From NCBI GenBank assembly GCA_963749495.1, contig CAVVMW010000025.1:1-64000 (forward strand): DNA of 64,000 nucleotides, given 5' to 3'. This stretch comes from an uncultured bacterium. Its GTDB lineage: Bacteria > Verrucomicrobiota > Verrucomicrobiia > Limisphaerales > UBA8199. The position numbers were made by a program, and so were the translations under genes. Numbering within the stretch: position 1 is the first letter of the stretch; each line of letters starts with the position of its first letter. Under the pieces are notes generated by a model, which searched no databases, was not told where the DNA came from, and worked only from the letters and a program-made list of their open reading frames with translations. Shown here piece by piece: positions 31,133 to 40,603 of the stretch.

Positions 31133-32550
31133 TCAGTCCATCGGGCCGAGCGGCTCTTCATCGGCGTCGGCGCCGGCGGAGATGTTCAGGCGCTGCATCC
31201 GGTAACGGAGTGCATGGCGGCTGATGTCCAATTGTTCGGCCGTTTTGGCCAGGTTGTAATGGTTCTGCTCGAGCGTGCTGATGATGAGTTCCTTCTCGAA
31301 TTGAGTCATCATCTGCTCCAGGGACCCGCCGCCGGGCGGGTGGAGGGCGGGGGGATCTTGTGCAGGCGGGCCTCGACCTGGAAATCAGGCAGGCTGCCGG
31401 GCTGGATCTCGCGGGTGGTCTCCAGGATGAGCGCCCGCTCGATGACGTTGCGCAACTCGCGGACATTGCCCGGCCAAGGGTGGGCCATGAGCTTCTGGCG
31501 CGCGGCGCGGGAGATGGTCCGCGTGCTCTTGTTCATCGAGAGGGCGAAGTTCTTCAGGAAGTACTCCGCCAGCACGGCAACGTCCTCCCCGCGCTCGCGC
31601 AGCGGCGGCAGGCGGATTTGCACGACGTTGAGCCGGTGAAAGAGGTCCTCGCGGAACTGGTCGGCCTTGATGGCGGCGATGATGTCGCGATTGGTGGCGG
31701 CCAGGAGCCGGACGTTGACCCGCAATTCCTGGGTGCCGCCCACGCGCGTGAACGAACCGTCCTCCAGGAAGCGCAGCAGCTTGGCCTGGAGCGGACGGCT
31801 CATGTCCGCAATCTCATCCAGGAAGATTGTCCCGCCGTCGGCCTCCTCGACCCGGCCGGGCTTTTGCTTGAGGGCGCCGGTGAAGGAGCCCTTTTCGTGG
31901 CCGAAGAGTTCGCTCTCCAGGAGGGTCTCGGGGATGGCGGCGCAATTGATGCGGACGTAGTTGGCCCTTTGGCGGCGGCTCAGGCTGTGGAGGGCGCCGG
32001 CCACCAGTTCCTTGCCGGTGCCGCTCTCCCCGAGGATGAGCACCCGCGCATCGGTGGGCGAGACCGTCTCGATGAGCCGGTGCAGTTCGCGCATCCTGGG
32101 GCATTCGCCCACGATCTGCTCCAGCCGATAGGTCTCGACGGCGCGCGCGCGCAGCCGCGCGTTCTCCTGCAGGAGCCGGAACCGCTCGGCGCAGCGGCTC
32201 ACCGCGTGCAGCAACTCCTCGGGCGCAAAGGGCTTGGCCAGGTAGTCCATCGCCCCGGCCTTGATCGCCTCCACCGCCAGCCGTGACGTCGCGTAGGCCG
32301 TGATCATCAGCACCGGCAGGTCCGGCCATTGCGCCCGCGCCTTGGTCAGAAACTCGTAGCCGCTCATCCCCCCCAGCCGCGCGTCGGTGATGACCATGAA
32401 GAACTCCTCGCGCTCCAGCAGGGCCAGCGCCGCCTCCGCCGACTCAATCGCCCGCACCGCATAGGCCTCGTCCGCCAGCATCGTCTGCAACGACAGGCGC
32501 ATGTTCTTCTCGTCATCCACGACGAGCACCGGAGGCAGGGCCAGGCTCAT
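31133..32550 (-). CDS. Sigma54-dependent response regulator (NtrC/AtoC family; frameshift at ~31340 before the Fis-type HTH)
   Basis: REC VLVVDDE; GESGTGKE, ESELFGHEKGSFTGA, WPGNVRELRN; HTH YNLAKTAEQLDISRHALRYRM in the other frame. Confidence 0.92.
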
Positions 32551-32605
32551 AAGAGCACCCCACACTCCCGCGTCATCCCTTCGGGCCCTCTGTCTGGCAC
32601 AATCT

Positions 32606-34273
32606 TCACGGCTGCTTTGCTAACTTTATCAGAGTCTTAGCCGGGAACACTAAGATAAACCGAGCCCCCTTTCCAAGCTCAGATTCGACCCGGACGGAGC
32701 CTCCGTAAAGCTCGACATTGTGTTTGACGGTGGCCAGGCCCAGGCCGGTCCCCTTTTTCTTGGTGGTGTAGTAGGCCTCGAAGATCTGCTCCCGCTTGTC
32801 GGGCGGGATGCCCGGGCCGTCGTCGGCGATGGCGACCTCGATCGAGAGGTCCTTGTGGCAGCGGGCGCTCACCCAGATGTTGCCGCTCCGGCCTTCGAGG
32901 GCCTCGCGGGCGTTTTGGAGCAGGTTGATAAAGGCCTCCGAGACGTGGCGGCGGAGCATGAGCAGCGGCGGAAAGTCCGAGGCGTAATCGCGGTGGACTC
33001 GGATGGGGTAGCCGGCCGCTGGGGGAAAGACCTGCCCGATGGCGTGGTCCAGCTCCTCGGCAACGTCGAGTTTTTCGACACGGCCCTCGCTCAATTGGGC
33101 GTATCCCATGATATCGGTGATGATGCGGTCCGAACGCTCGACCTCCTCCTGGATGATCTGGATCTGCTCGGGGCCGACCGGGCGGCCTTGCTTGAGGGCG
33201 CGCTGGGCCGAATAGGCGGCGTTGTTGATGACGGCGAGCGGGTTTTTGATCTGGTGCGCGAACTCGGCGGCCAGCCGCCCGGCGGCATGCACTTGCCCCT
33301 GGCGCAGGGCGGCCTCGCGCGCCTCCTCCTCCGCCTTGCGCTGGCGCTCCAGCAGCACCTGCACCCCGTAGGAACAGACCGACACCGAGACCAGCAGCAC
33401 CAGCCGCACCATCAGCGGCTCAGCCTGGCTCTCCAGCACAATCGCCGCCCCCCGGCCTTCGGGCGCTATGGGCGCGGCCGGGTTGATCTCATGAGCCCGG
33501 CTGGCCGGAGGCGGATGGCCTGAGCTCTCGTCAATCCAATAGCCCGGCGTAGGGCTGACCTCATGCGCGCCGCTGGCCGATGGCGCCAGGGCTAGCGCCT
33601 CTCCGGGATGCAACTCCCGGTAGCGCTGTATCTCGGCCTTGTGGCTCTCCGCCTTGCGCCACTTTTGCTCGTTGCGGGCCTCGGCCTCCAGACTGGCGCC
33701 CACGCCGGGCATCATGAGGCCGGTCATGACGTAAGAAATGATGATGGTGACGTGCAGGGCCAGTTGCGAGGTCGCCCGGGGCACGCTCACCGCGCTGCGC
33801 AAAATCAGCGCCAGGAACAGCCAGTAGGAAAAGCTCTGCTCCCCCGCCGTGAACACCGTGAGCGCCGAGAGCACGATGATGTCCAAGAGGCCCGAGACGA
33901 AGACCGCCCACTGGACCAGCCCCAGCGGCAGCCGCCGCAAGGCCAGCAACACCCCTGCGATGATGACGTTGATGGGGACATAGTACCAGAGAAGATAGCG
34001 CGTCCATTCCGCGACATCGATGTGCAACTCGTCCATGGCGCCCCCGAGCCAATGGCGGAACACGGGAACCAGGAGCATCGCCAGGCAGGCGAGTTTGACC
34101 GGCAGGATGATGTCCCGCTCCATGGTGGAGATCCTTCGCAGGAGCTGCTCGGGATCGGGCGTGGGGATCTCCAGCAGCGACACCCCCTGGCGCAGGAGCC
34201 GGGTGCAATCCCACGCCAGGCCGCCGAAGCGGCCTTCTCTGACCCATTGCCGCAGGACTGTGCTCATCTGCAT
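32606..34273 (-). CDS. Membrane sensor histidine kinase
   Basis: Multiple TMs; FAHQIKNPL H-box, NLLQNA, DDGPGI, GTGLGL. Confidence 0.92.
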   Translation of the reverse strand: MQMSTVLRQWVREGRFGGLAWDCTRLLRQGVSLLEIPTPDPEQLLRRISTMERDIILPVKLACLAMLLVPVFRHWLGGAMDELHIDVAEWTRYLLWYYVPINVIIAGVLLALRRLPLGLVQWAVFVSGLLDIIVLSALTVFTAGEQSFSYWLFLALILRSAVSVPRATSQLALHVTIIISYVMTGLMMPGVGASLEAEARNEQKWRKAESHKAEIQRYRELHPGEALALAPSASGAHEVSPTPGYWIDESSGHPPPASRAHEINPAAPIAPEGRGAAIVLESQAEPLMVRLVLLVSVSVCSYGVQVLLERQRKAEEEAREAALRQGQVHAAGRLAAEFAHQIKNPLAVINNAAYSAQRALKQGRPVGPEQIQIIQEEVERSDRIITDIMGYAQLSEGRVEKLDVAEELDHAIGQVFPPAAGYPIRVHRDYASDFPPLLMLRRHVSEAFINLLQNAREALEGRSGNIWVSARCHKDLSIEVAIADDGPGIPPDKREQIFEAYYTTKKKGTGLGLATVKHNVELYGGSVRVESELGKGARFILVFPAKTLIKLAKQP

Positions 34274-34276
34274 CGG

Positions 34277-34388
34277 TTCAGGGTTCAGGGTTCACGTTTC
34301 ACGTTTCACGTTTCACGTTTCACGTTTCACGCTTCACGTTTCACGTTTCACGCTTCACGTTTCACGTTTCACGTTTCACGTTTCACGT
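34277..34388. repeat. Heptamer microsatellite (TTCAGGG)x2 + (TTCACGY)x14
   Basis: Counted directly at 34291-34388; fills the coaC-kinase intergenic gap and overlaps the coaC stop. Confidence 0.95.
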
Positions 34389-34964
34389 TGCTTTGCGCCC
34401 ACGCCGGGTCTCCGCCAGGAGTTCCAAGGCGCGCGCGGCCACTTTCTCCACCGGCCACAACCGGCCCACTCCCTCATAACCGCAGGAGAGCAGCCCCTCG
34501 TCCGGGCCAATGAAGTGAACGCCGCGCGACTTGAGCGTGGCCACGTTTTGCTGCGTGGCCGGGTGCAGCCACATCTTGCCGTTCATCGCCGGGGCCACCA
34601 GGATGGGCGCCTGGGGATTGAGCGCCAGCGCAACGCAACTCAGCGCATCGTCGGCGAGGCCGTGCGCCAGCTTGGCGATGGTATGGGCCGTCGCCGGGGC
34701 AATCAGCAACAGGTCCGCCTCGTCGGCCAGTTTGATATGGGTCGGCTGCCAGCCTTCCGCCTCGTCGTAGAGGTCGGTGACCACCGGGTGGCGCGAGAGG
34801 GTCTTGAAGGGCACCGCCGTGACAAAGCGCAGGGCGTCGCCCGTCATCACGACGCGGACCGCGCACCCCTGCCTGGCAAGCTGGCTGGCCAGATCCACAG
34901 CCTTGTGGGCCGCAATCGAGCCGGTCACTCCTAATACCACGTTGTTGTTGATGTCCGTGTTCAT
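34383..34964 (-). CDS. coaC: Phosphopantothenoylcysteine decarboxylase (stand-alone flavoprotein domain of CoaBC)
   Basis: VLGVTGSIAAHKA, HIKLA, IAPATA, APAMN..MW, GLLSCGYEGVGRL. Confidence 0.88.
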   Translation of the reverse strand: MNTDINNNVVLGVTGSIAAHKAVDLASQLARQGCAVRVVMTGDALRFVTAVPFKTLSRHPVVTDLYDEAEGWQPTHIKLADEADLLLIAPATAHTIAKLAHGLADDALSCVALALNPQAPILVAPAMNGKMWLHPATQQNVATLKSRGVHFIGPDEGLLSCGYEGVGRLWPVEKVAARALELLAETRRGRKAT

Positions 34965-34989
34965 TGGTGGTTGAAATCCGCTATTGAGT

Positions 34990-35655
34990 TCACAGGTCCG
35001 GCGGGCGTGCGCGGGCCGAGCGCATCTTTTCGGCCTCGACAATCGCCAGTATCCGGCGCAGGTCCTCGCCGATAGAGCCGCTGAGCAGCAGGTAGTCGAA
35101 ATGCTTCCACTGGGCGATTTCCTGCCGCGCCAGGCCCAGGCGCTTCTGGATGATCGCCGGGGCGTCGGTGCCGCGTTTGCGCAGCCGTTCCTCCAGAACG
35201 GCCAGCGAGGGCGGCGTCAGGAACACTGTGGCCAGCGCCCGGGCCAGCTCGGGGTCCTCTTTGGCGCGCTCGCGGATGGTGGCCGCCCCCTGAACGTCCA
35301 CGGTGAGCAGGACGTCGCTGCCCTGGCGCAGCTTGCCCAGGACTTCGGATTTGAGGGTGCCGTAGCTGTTGCCATAGACGGTGGCATGTTCCAGGAAATT
35401 GCCCGCCTGCACCCGCCGCAGGAACGAAGCCGCGTCCAGGAAATAGTAATCCCGCCCCTCTCGCTCGCCAGGGCGCGGCTGGCGGGTGGTGCAGGTGATG
35501 GCCTGCGCCATCTGCGGCCGGGCCGCCAGCAACTCCTGGCAGAGAGTGGTTTTGCCCCCGCCCGAGGGGGCGGAGATGACCACCAGCAGCGGGACCGCCG
35601 CACCGGCCGGTTTGGTTTGGCCCTCGATTCTGGGTTGGTGCGTGTCAGGGCTCAT
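34990..35655 (-). CDS. gmk: Guanylate kinase
   Basis: ISAPSGGGKTT, TTRQPRPGEREGRDYYF, VYGNSYGT. Confidence 0.95.
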   Translation of the reverse strand: MSPDTHQPRIEGQTKPAGAAVPLLVVISAPSGGGKTTLCQELLAARPQMAQAITCTTRQPRPGEREGRDYYFLDAASFLRRVQAGNFLEHATVYGNSYGTLKSEVLGKLRQGSDVLLTVDVQGAATIRERAKEDPELARALATVFLTPPSLAVLEERLRKRGTDAPAIIQKRLGLARQEIAQWKHFDYLLLSGSIGEDLRRILAIVEAEKMRSARARPPDL

Positions 35656-35730
35656 CCTGGCTGAGGTGTTCCAATCTGCGCTGGCCTCTGGCAAGGAATC
35701 CGCAAGCTGCGACGAACCCTCGGGGCGGCA

Positions 35731-35817
35731 GAATGAAAACTGAAAATTGGGGCCGGCGGTCTTTGACCGGCCGCGTCAATTCGCAATTTGCAATTCTCAA
35801 TTTTCAATTTTCAATTC
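35731..35817. repeat. Degenerate inverted heptamer repeats (GAAAATT-like / CAATTTT-like)
   Basis: gaatgaaaactgaaaattg ... caatttgcaattctcaattttcaattttcaattc between yicC and gmk. Confidence 0.6.
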
Positions 35818-35828
35818 CTCTTCGTCGC

Positions 35829-36710
35829 TCACTCGACGTTCTGGGCCTGCTCGCGGAACCGTTCCAGCTCGGCCTTGAGGTTGACCACCTCGCGCGAGAT
35901 GAGGCTGTCATTGGCCTTGGCGCCGATGGTGTTGACCTCGCGGTTCATCTCCTGGGCCAGGAAATCGAGCATGCGGCCCACCGGCTCCCGCGATTTGCGG
36001 CAGTCGGCGAATTGCTGGAAATGGCTCTGGAGGCGCGTCAGTTCCTCGGAGATGTCCGAGCGGTCGGCGAAATAGACGACTTCCTTGAGAAGGCGATCGT
36101 CTTGGAGGCCGGGCACCTCGAGGCCGGCGGTGCGGATGCGTTCGACCAGTTGGGCGCGGTAGCGCTCGGCCACTTTGGGCGCGTTCTGCTCGATGCACCC
36201 CGCCGACTTGCGCATCAACCGGATGCGCCCGGCCAGGTCCTGCTCCAGCGCCGCCCCTTCCCGCTCCCGCATCTTGAGCATCTGCCTCACAGCCCTCTTG
36301 AGCGCCTTGCTCACCGCCGGCCAGAAATCCTCCTCCACCGCAAGCTGCTCGTCGGTCTGGAACACCCCCGGCGCCCGCGCCAGGTGGTCCAGCGTCACCG
36401 GCCCCGGCAGGCCCAGTTGCTTGGAGAGCCGCGTCAGTTCCCGCGCGTAGGCCTTGGCCAGGGGCTCGTTCAAGTGCATCCGCGCCGAGAGTTTGCTGGC
36501 CCCGGCGTGCAGCGAAACCCGCACGGTGAGCCGCCCGCGCGCAATGCAGTTGTTGAGGAGATCGCGAATTGGCGCCTCCAGCAACTCCATCTCGCGCGGC
36601 AAGTTCACCGAAATCTCCGTCTGCTTCCGGTTCACCGAACTGAGTTCAACGGTGACCTTGAAGCCGTCCTGGGAGCATTCCCCGCGTCCGTAACCGGTCA
36701 TCGATTTCAT
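35829..36710 (-). CDS. yicC: YicC/YloC family endoribonuclease
   Basis: MKSMTGYGRG, DISEELTRL, GRMLDFLAQEMNREVNTIGAK, FREQAQNVE. Confidence 0.95.
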   Translation of the reverse strand: MKSMTGYGRGECSQDGFKVTVELSSVNRKQTEISVNLPREMELLEAPIRDLLNNCIARGRLTVRVSLHAGASKLSARMHLNEPLAKAYARELTRLSKQLGLPGPVTLDHLARAPGVFQTDEQLAVEEDFWPAVSKALKRAVRQMLKMREREGAALEQDLAGRIRLMRKSAGCIEQNAPKVAERYRAQLVERIRTAGLEVPGLQDDRLLKEVVYFADRSDISEELTRLQSHFQQFADCRKSREPVGRMLDFLAQEMNREVNTIGAKANDSLISREVVNLKAELERFREQAQNVE

Positions 36711-36809
36711 CCGCCCAACACTATGCGAAAAAACCCCTCCTCAGGCTAACAAAATCTGCCTTGTCGCGCACCTGAATCGGTCCGCCTGGGGTGCGGGACA
36801 AAATAGTAA

Positions 36810-36967
36810 GGCGGTGGAAATAAATAAAGGTGGCAAGATGCCGCCGGGATTTTGGCGCCCAGCGAGGCGTGAACGAGGCGCATATCCAGTGATCTGCAAC
36901 GAGTGAACAACGAAGCTGGGCGGCAAAAGAACAAGGCAGGTTGCTACCTTTATTTATTTCCACCGCC
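36810..36967. mobile_element. 158-bp MITE with 27-bp TIRs and TAA target duplication (IS5-family-like)
   Basis: GGCGGTGGAAATAAATAAAGGTGGCAA / TTGCTACCTTTATTTATTTCCACCGCC (1 mismatch); TAA at 36807-36809 and 36968-36970. Confidence 0.88.
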
Positions 36968-36987
36968 TAACCATTGGACCTGTTCAT

Positions 36988-37201
36988 TTCCGCGTAATCC
37001 GCGTATTCCGCGGTTCATTCTCCTTCGGGACGAGCATCGGGCGCAGGTGCAAAACTACCTCAAGGCGACCAGGTTCAAGCTCGGGCTGTTGGTCAAGTTT
37101 GGCCATTATGCCAAGCTCCAAATTGAGCGCATCGTGGCGGAGCGGGGCCGATACGCCTCTGGCAACTGAGGGCAACCGCGGAATACGCGGAATACGCGGA
37201 A
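36988..37201 (+). pseudogene. GxxExxY-family protein 3' remnant bracketed by 9-mer repeats
   Basis: DEHRAQVQNYLKATRFKLGLLVKFG...IERI; TTCCGCGTAATCCGCGTATTCCGCGG and CCGCGGAATACGCGGAATACGCGGAA. Confidence 0.75.
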
Positions 37202-37371
37202 AACAAAAGGCTTTCGGCGGTTCTCTCCCTTCGCTCGATTGGCACGAGATCTGGGGTGCCTTGACTCTCCTGATCTTCCTCGCACTGGAAGGTCGTTAGG
37301 CGAGGATTTGGGCCACCCCCTCCGGGAGACTGTCCAGTCGGGAACGACAAGCCAGCAACGCGGGTCAGCGC

Positions 37372-37462
37372 TCACCACCGCAGTTCCCAGAACTGCGCCT
37401 GGCGCGGCGCGAACGTGGCGTGCTTTTCCGGCACGCCAGCCGCCGTCGTCACCGCCGCTGCT
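37372..37462 (-). pseudogene. 3'-end gene fragment paralogous to 41765-41850
   Basis: VTTAAGVPEKHATFAPRQAQFWELRW* vs VTTAPGVPEKPATFPPRQPQAWELRW*. Confidence 0.6.
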
Positions 37463-37722
37463 GGGGTCGGAACCGAGGGAGCCCTTGGGAGCGCCGGAGA
37501 AGCAGGTGTTGGCGCGATGGTTGTGCCAGCACACGACAGTGCGGCGGCGCTTGGCGGGCGAGCGGTTAGGGATGGGGGACGAATCACGGGTGACGCAAGA
37601 CACCGGGCCGGTCAACAGCCGCGTGGACCTCGGACTCGAGCGGTTTAGGGAGCAGTTGGAACAAGCATACGGAGAGGCTGCGCCGACAGAGATATGAACA
37701 AGTATCAGATTCCCGGGACCCC
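37463..37722 (+). mobile_element. Internally deleted RAYT-like element remnant
   Basis: Starts GGGGTCGGAACC, ends AAGTATCAGATTCCCGGGACCCC; encodes GAPEKQVLARWLCQHTTVRRR...ERLGMGDESRVTQ, similar to the HTH at 5660-5830. Confidence 0.6.
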
Positions 37723-37784
37723 TTCGCTGTCAAAAAGCGCCTTTTCGGCTTGTTGCACGGCTGGTAGCGAAGTATTTTAAGACG

Positions 37785-38009
37785 ATGAAACTCCTGGAGC
37801 GGATTACCGTGGAGCCCGGCAAATGCGCCGGACAGCCCTGCATCCGTGGCAAACGGATGCGCGTCACCGACGTTCTTGATCTCTTAAGCCATGGCGCGAG
37901 TCACGAGGAGATTTTGGCGGATTACTCCTTTCTTGAACCCGATGACATCCTGGCGGCCATCGCCTACGCTTCCCGCTTGACCGATCACGTCGTGCTCACG
38001 AGTGCGTGA
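37785..38009 (+). CDS. DUF433-family antitoxin
   Basis: RITVEPGKCAGQPCIRGKRMRVTDVLDLL..GAS.EEILADY..LEPDDI. Confidence 0.92.
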   Translation: MKLLERITVEPGKCAGQPCIRGKRMRVTDVLDLLSHGASHEEILADYSFLEPDDILAAIAYASRLTDHVVLTSA

Positions 38010-38122
38010 ATTTCCTGGTGGACAACCAGCTCCCAGAAGCCCTATGCCGCTTCTTGAACGGGCACGGTCACCGATCCGACCATGTGCTCGGCCTGCGCCT
38101 GGACGAAGCATCCGACAAAACA
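38006..38122 (+). pseudogene. DUF5615/PIN-like toxin, truncated by an inserted element
   Basis: GTGA-coupled MNFLVDNQLP...GHRSDHV..LRLDEASD; homology stops at the element end and the rest is absent. Confidence 0.8.
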
Positions 38123-38402
38123 GCGTCAGTCCCGCATTTCCACACGCTTCACTCATTCTGGCCCCACCGAGGCAAATGGCCGCGTGACATTCGGCACAGA
38201 TCCCAAGCGCACGGGGAATCCACGCCAGGGTCCTGATGATTCCGAGGCGCAGCTCTTCGGCATTCGCCCGCTTCCCCGGACCGCCTTTGCGCCGCCGCCC
38301 CGAGTCGCTCCGGCCCCCGGCTTGCCGCCGCCTTTTGACGTCCCGGCCAGGCCCGCGAGCCTCAAGGAGGGTCGGAACATGCGAAAATGCGGGACTGACC
38401 CC
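38123..38402. mobile_element. MITE-like element with TGACCCC-type inverted ends
   Basis: GTCAGTCCCGCATTT (38125-38139) and AAATGCGGGACTGAC-CCC (38385-38402). Confidence 0.7.
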
Positions 38403-38513
38403 GTTCCTGGAAAGCCAAGGGTGAGCGAAATCAACGGCATACGGGCTGGGGCTCGATGGGGGCCCGGTGAGGGTGGGGGACTGGTTATGGCGGCATTATT
38501 GGCAGGTTTGAGG

Positions 38514-38542
38514 TTGACGACAGGGCCCTGCTTGAGCAATAT
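38514..38542 (+). promoter_or_regulatory. Putative sigma70 promoter for the GIY-YIG/CBS-HEPN pair
   Basis: TTGACG, 17-bp spacer, CAATAT. Confidence 0.4.
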
Positions 38543-38656
38543 CCGGCATGACCCTGAGAACAATGAGTGCGGCCAGGAACCAGTTCCCGCTCACCGGTGC
38601 AACGGCAGGGACCGGCGCGCCGCTCAACAACTGTCGTTAGGCGTCCTCACCAACTT

Positions 38657-39433
38657 ATGTCTGAACAATCCTGGAAAGACGCAATCATCAGCGTTCTCAC
38701 CGAATCAAAGGAGCCGCTCCACTATCACGAGATTACAGAGCGGATTATGACGCGAGGGCTCAAGACCACTGCCGGCGCGACTCCCGATGCCACCGTCAAC
38801 GCGCAGATTTCCGCCTCCATTAAGCACGAGGGCACCGCGTCCCCATATCTCCGCGTCGGCAAAGGCACCTTCACCCTCCGGCCCAGCGGCGCGGCAGCAG
38901 GAGAACCCGTCAATGAGCAAGCGGTCGAGACTTCCGACAACGTTATCCGTGCATTCGGGATTCACTGGCAGCGCGAGCACGTCCTATGGCGACGGCAGCC
39001 CCGCTTGTATGGTCGCCAGCAGGTTGCCGCCAAGAGCGTTGATTTCAGCGGCCAGCGCGGAGTCTATGTGCTCTCAGACCATCACACCGTTGTTTATGTC
39101 GGTCGTGCCGTAGAGCGGGACCTGGGCCAACGACTATACGAGCACACACTTGACCGCGTCTCGGGCCGCTGGAATCGCTTTTCATGGTTCGGTCTCTATG
39201 ATGTCTCTGACGCGGGCAAGCTCACGCAGGAGTCATTGACTCCAACCTTTGCCTCGATTGTCACTGCTTTCGAGGCCATTTTGATTGAGACATTGGAGCC
39301 GCCGCAGAACCGCCGCCGAGGCGACGACTTCACCGCTGTCGAATACATACAAGACATTGACCCCGAACTGCGCGAGCAGGAGCTTCAGAGCACACTCGGC
39401 AGCATCGAACAAAAACTCCGCCAAGCCCAATAA
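38657..39433 (+). CDS. HARE-HTH (HB1/ASXL/restriction endonuclease HTH) fused to a GIY-YIG nuclease domain
   Basis: WKDAIISVL...PLHYHEITERI..RGL...GATPDATV...RVGKGTFTL; GVYVL...VYVGRA, LGQRLYEH, FEAILIE..EPPQN. Confidence 0.82.
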   Translation: MSEQSWKDAIISVLTESKEPLHYHEITERIMTRGLKTTAGATPDATVNAQISASIKHEGTASPYLRVGKGTFTLRPSGAAAGEPVNEQAVETSDNVIRAFGIHWQREHVLWRRQPRLYGRQQVAAKSVDFSGQRGVYVLSDHHTVVYVGRAVERDLGQRLYEHTLDRVSGRWNRFSWFGLYDVSDAGKLTQESLTPTFASIVTAFEAILIETLEPPQNRRRGDDFTAVEYIQDIDPELREQELQSTLGSIEQKLRQAQ

Positions 39434-39523
39434 ACCGATACTGATACCCAACTGATCCGAAATTCCTCATCCCGGCAGCCTCAATAACCGCCAGTCCAGC
39501 AACAAACCATCCACTATGAGAAT

Positions 39524-40519
39524 ATGAGCGACTTCAACGCTAAACTGACCGCAATCGCGGAGCAGTTACAAAAGGGCATTGCCCCACCCAAAGAGACGGT
39601 CCGCACGCTCTTAAGTTGGTATGGCGCTTCCCGACGTGGCTACAACGTTAGTCATGAAATAAAACGCGAGCTCAAGGAGCATGGCCTGCGCACCGAACCA
39701 GATTTCGAATCTGAGTACATTGACGGCTACGTCTCGTTCGAAAAGGGAGCGACCAAAGAGCCACCTAATGAAGAATCGGCAACTGACCCGACACATAAAA
39801 TCGCTCGACTTGCCTCCGCACACCGACCCCCGCTTTCTGTAAAACCTGACAGCACACTACAGCAAACGATTACTGTAATGCTGACCAATGACTTCTCGCA
39901 ACTCCCAGTCATGACCTCCACGCGCGAGCTAAAGGGGGTAGTTAGCTGGAAATCAATCGGGACCCGTTTGGCGTTAAGGCGCGCCTGCAACAACGCACAA
40001 GATTGCATGGAGGCTGCCTGTGAAGTTGCAATGGGAGACTCATTATTCTCAGCAATTCGCACAGTGATTGACCACGAATATGTTCTAGTTAGAGCTGAAG
40101 ATAAACAAGTATGTGGCATTATTACTGCGAGCGACCTCACAGAACAGTTTCAGAAACTTGCTGAGCCGTTCTTGCTCGTCGGTGAAATTGAGAATGGAGT
40201 TCGGCAAATGCTTTACGGACGTTTTACCAAGGAAGAGCTGTGCGCTGCAAAGGCCGCTGAAGATAAGGAACGGAAAGTGCAGGCTGTCGCGGACCTCACT
40301 TTTGGCGAATACATACGATTACTTGAGTCAGAAAAGAACTGGACAAAGGTGAAGCTTGAGATTGACCGCGTGGAATTTGTCAACCGGCTCCATCAAATTC
40401 GAAAGATACGCAACGACGTAATGCACTTCGACCCAGACGGGCTTGACGACGCGGACTTAACCAACCTCAGAGAGTTTGCCCGCTTCTTGAAACGGCTGCG
40501 CGACGTGGGTGCAGCGTGA
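39524..40519 (+). CDS. CBS-pair protein with C-terminal Swt1-like HEPN domain
   Basis: CBS: SVKPDSTL..TITVM..NDFSQLPV...GVVSW and GIITASDL; HEPN: LTFGEYIRLL...NW...IRNDVMH (RxxxxH). Confidence 0.8.
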   Translation: MSDFNAKLTAIAEQLQKGIAPPKETVRTLLSWYGASRRGYNVSHEIKRELKEHGLRTEPDFESEYIDGYVSFEKGATKEPPNEESATDPTHKIARLASAHRPPLSVKPDSTLQQTITVMLTNDFSQLPVMTSTRELKGVVSWKSIGTRLALRRACNNAQDCMEAACEVAMGDSLFSAIRTVIDHEYVLVRAEDKQVCGIITASDLTEQFQKLAEPFLLVGEIENGVRQMLYGRFTKEELCAAKAAEDKERKVQAVADLTFGEYIRLLESEKNWTKVKLEIDRVEFVNRLHQIRKIRNDVMHFDPDGLDDADLTNLREFARFLKRLRDVGAA

Positions 40520-40603
40520 AGAATCATCGTGCGACTGTATCAGGAATGCAACCAATGAAAGGCCTAGGCCATGCGCTAGAACCTACCTGAGTCAGGTGTC
40601 CTT

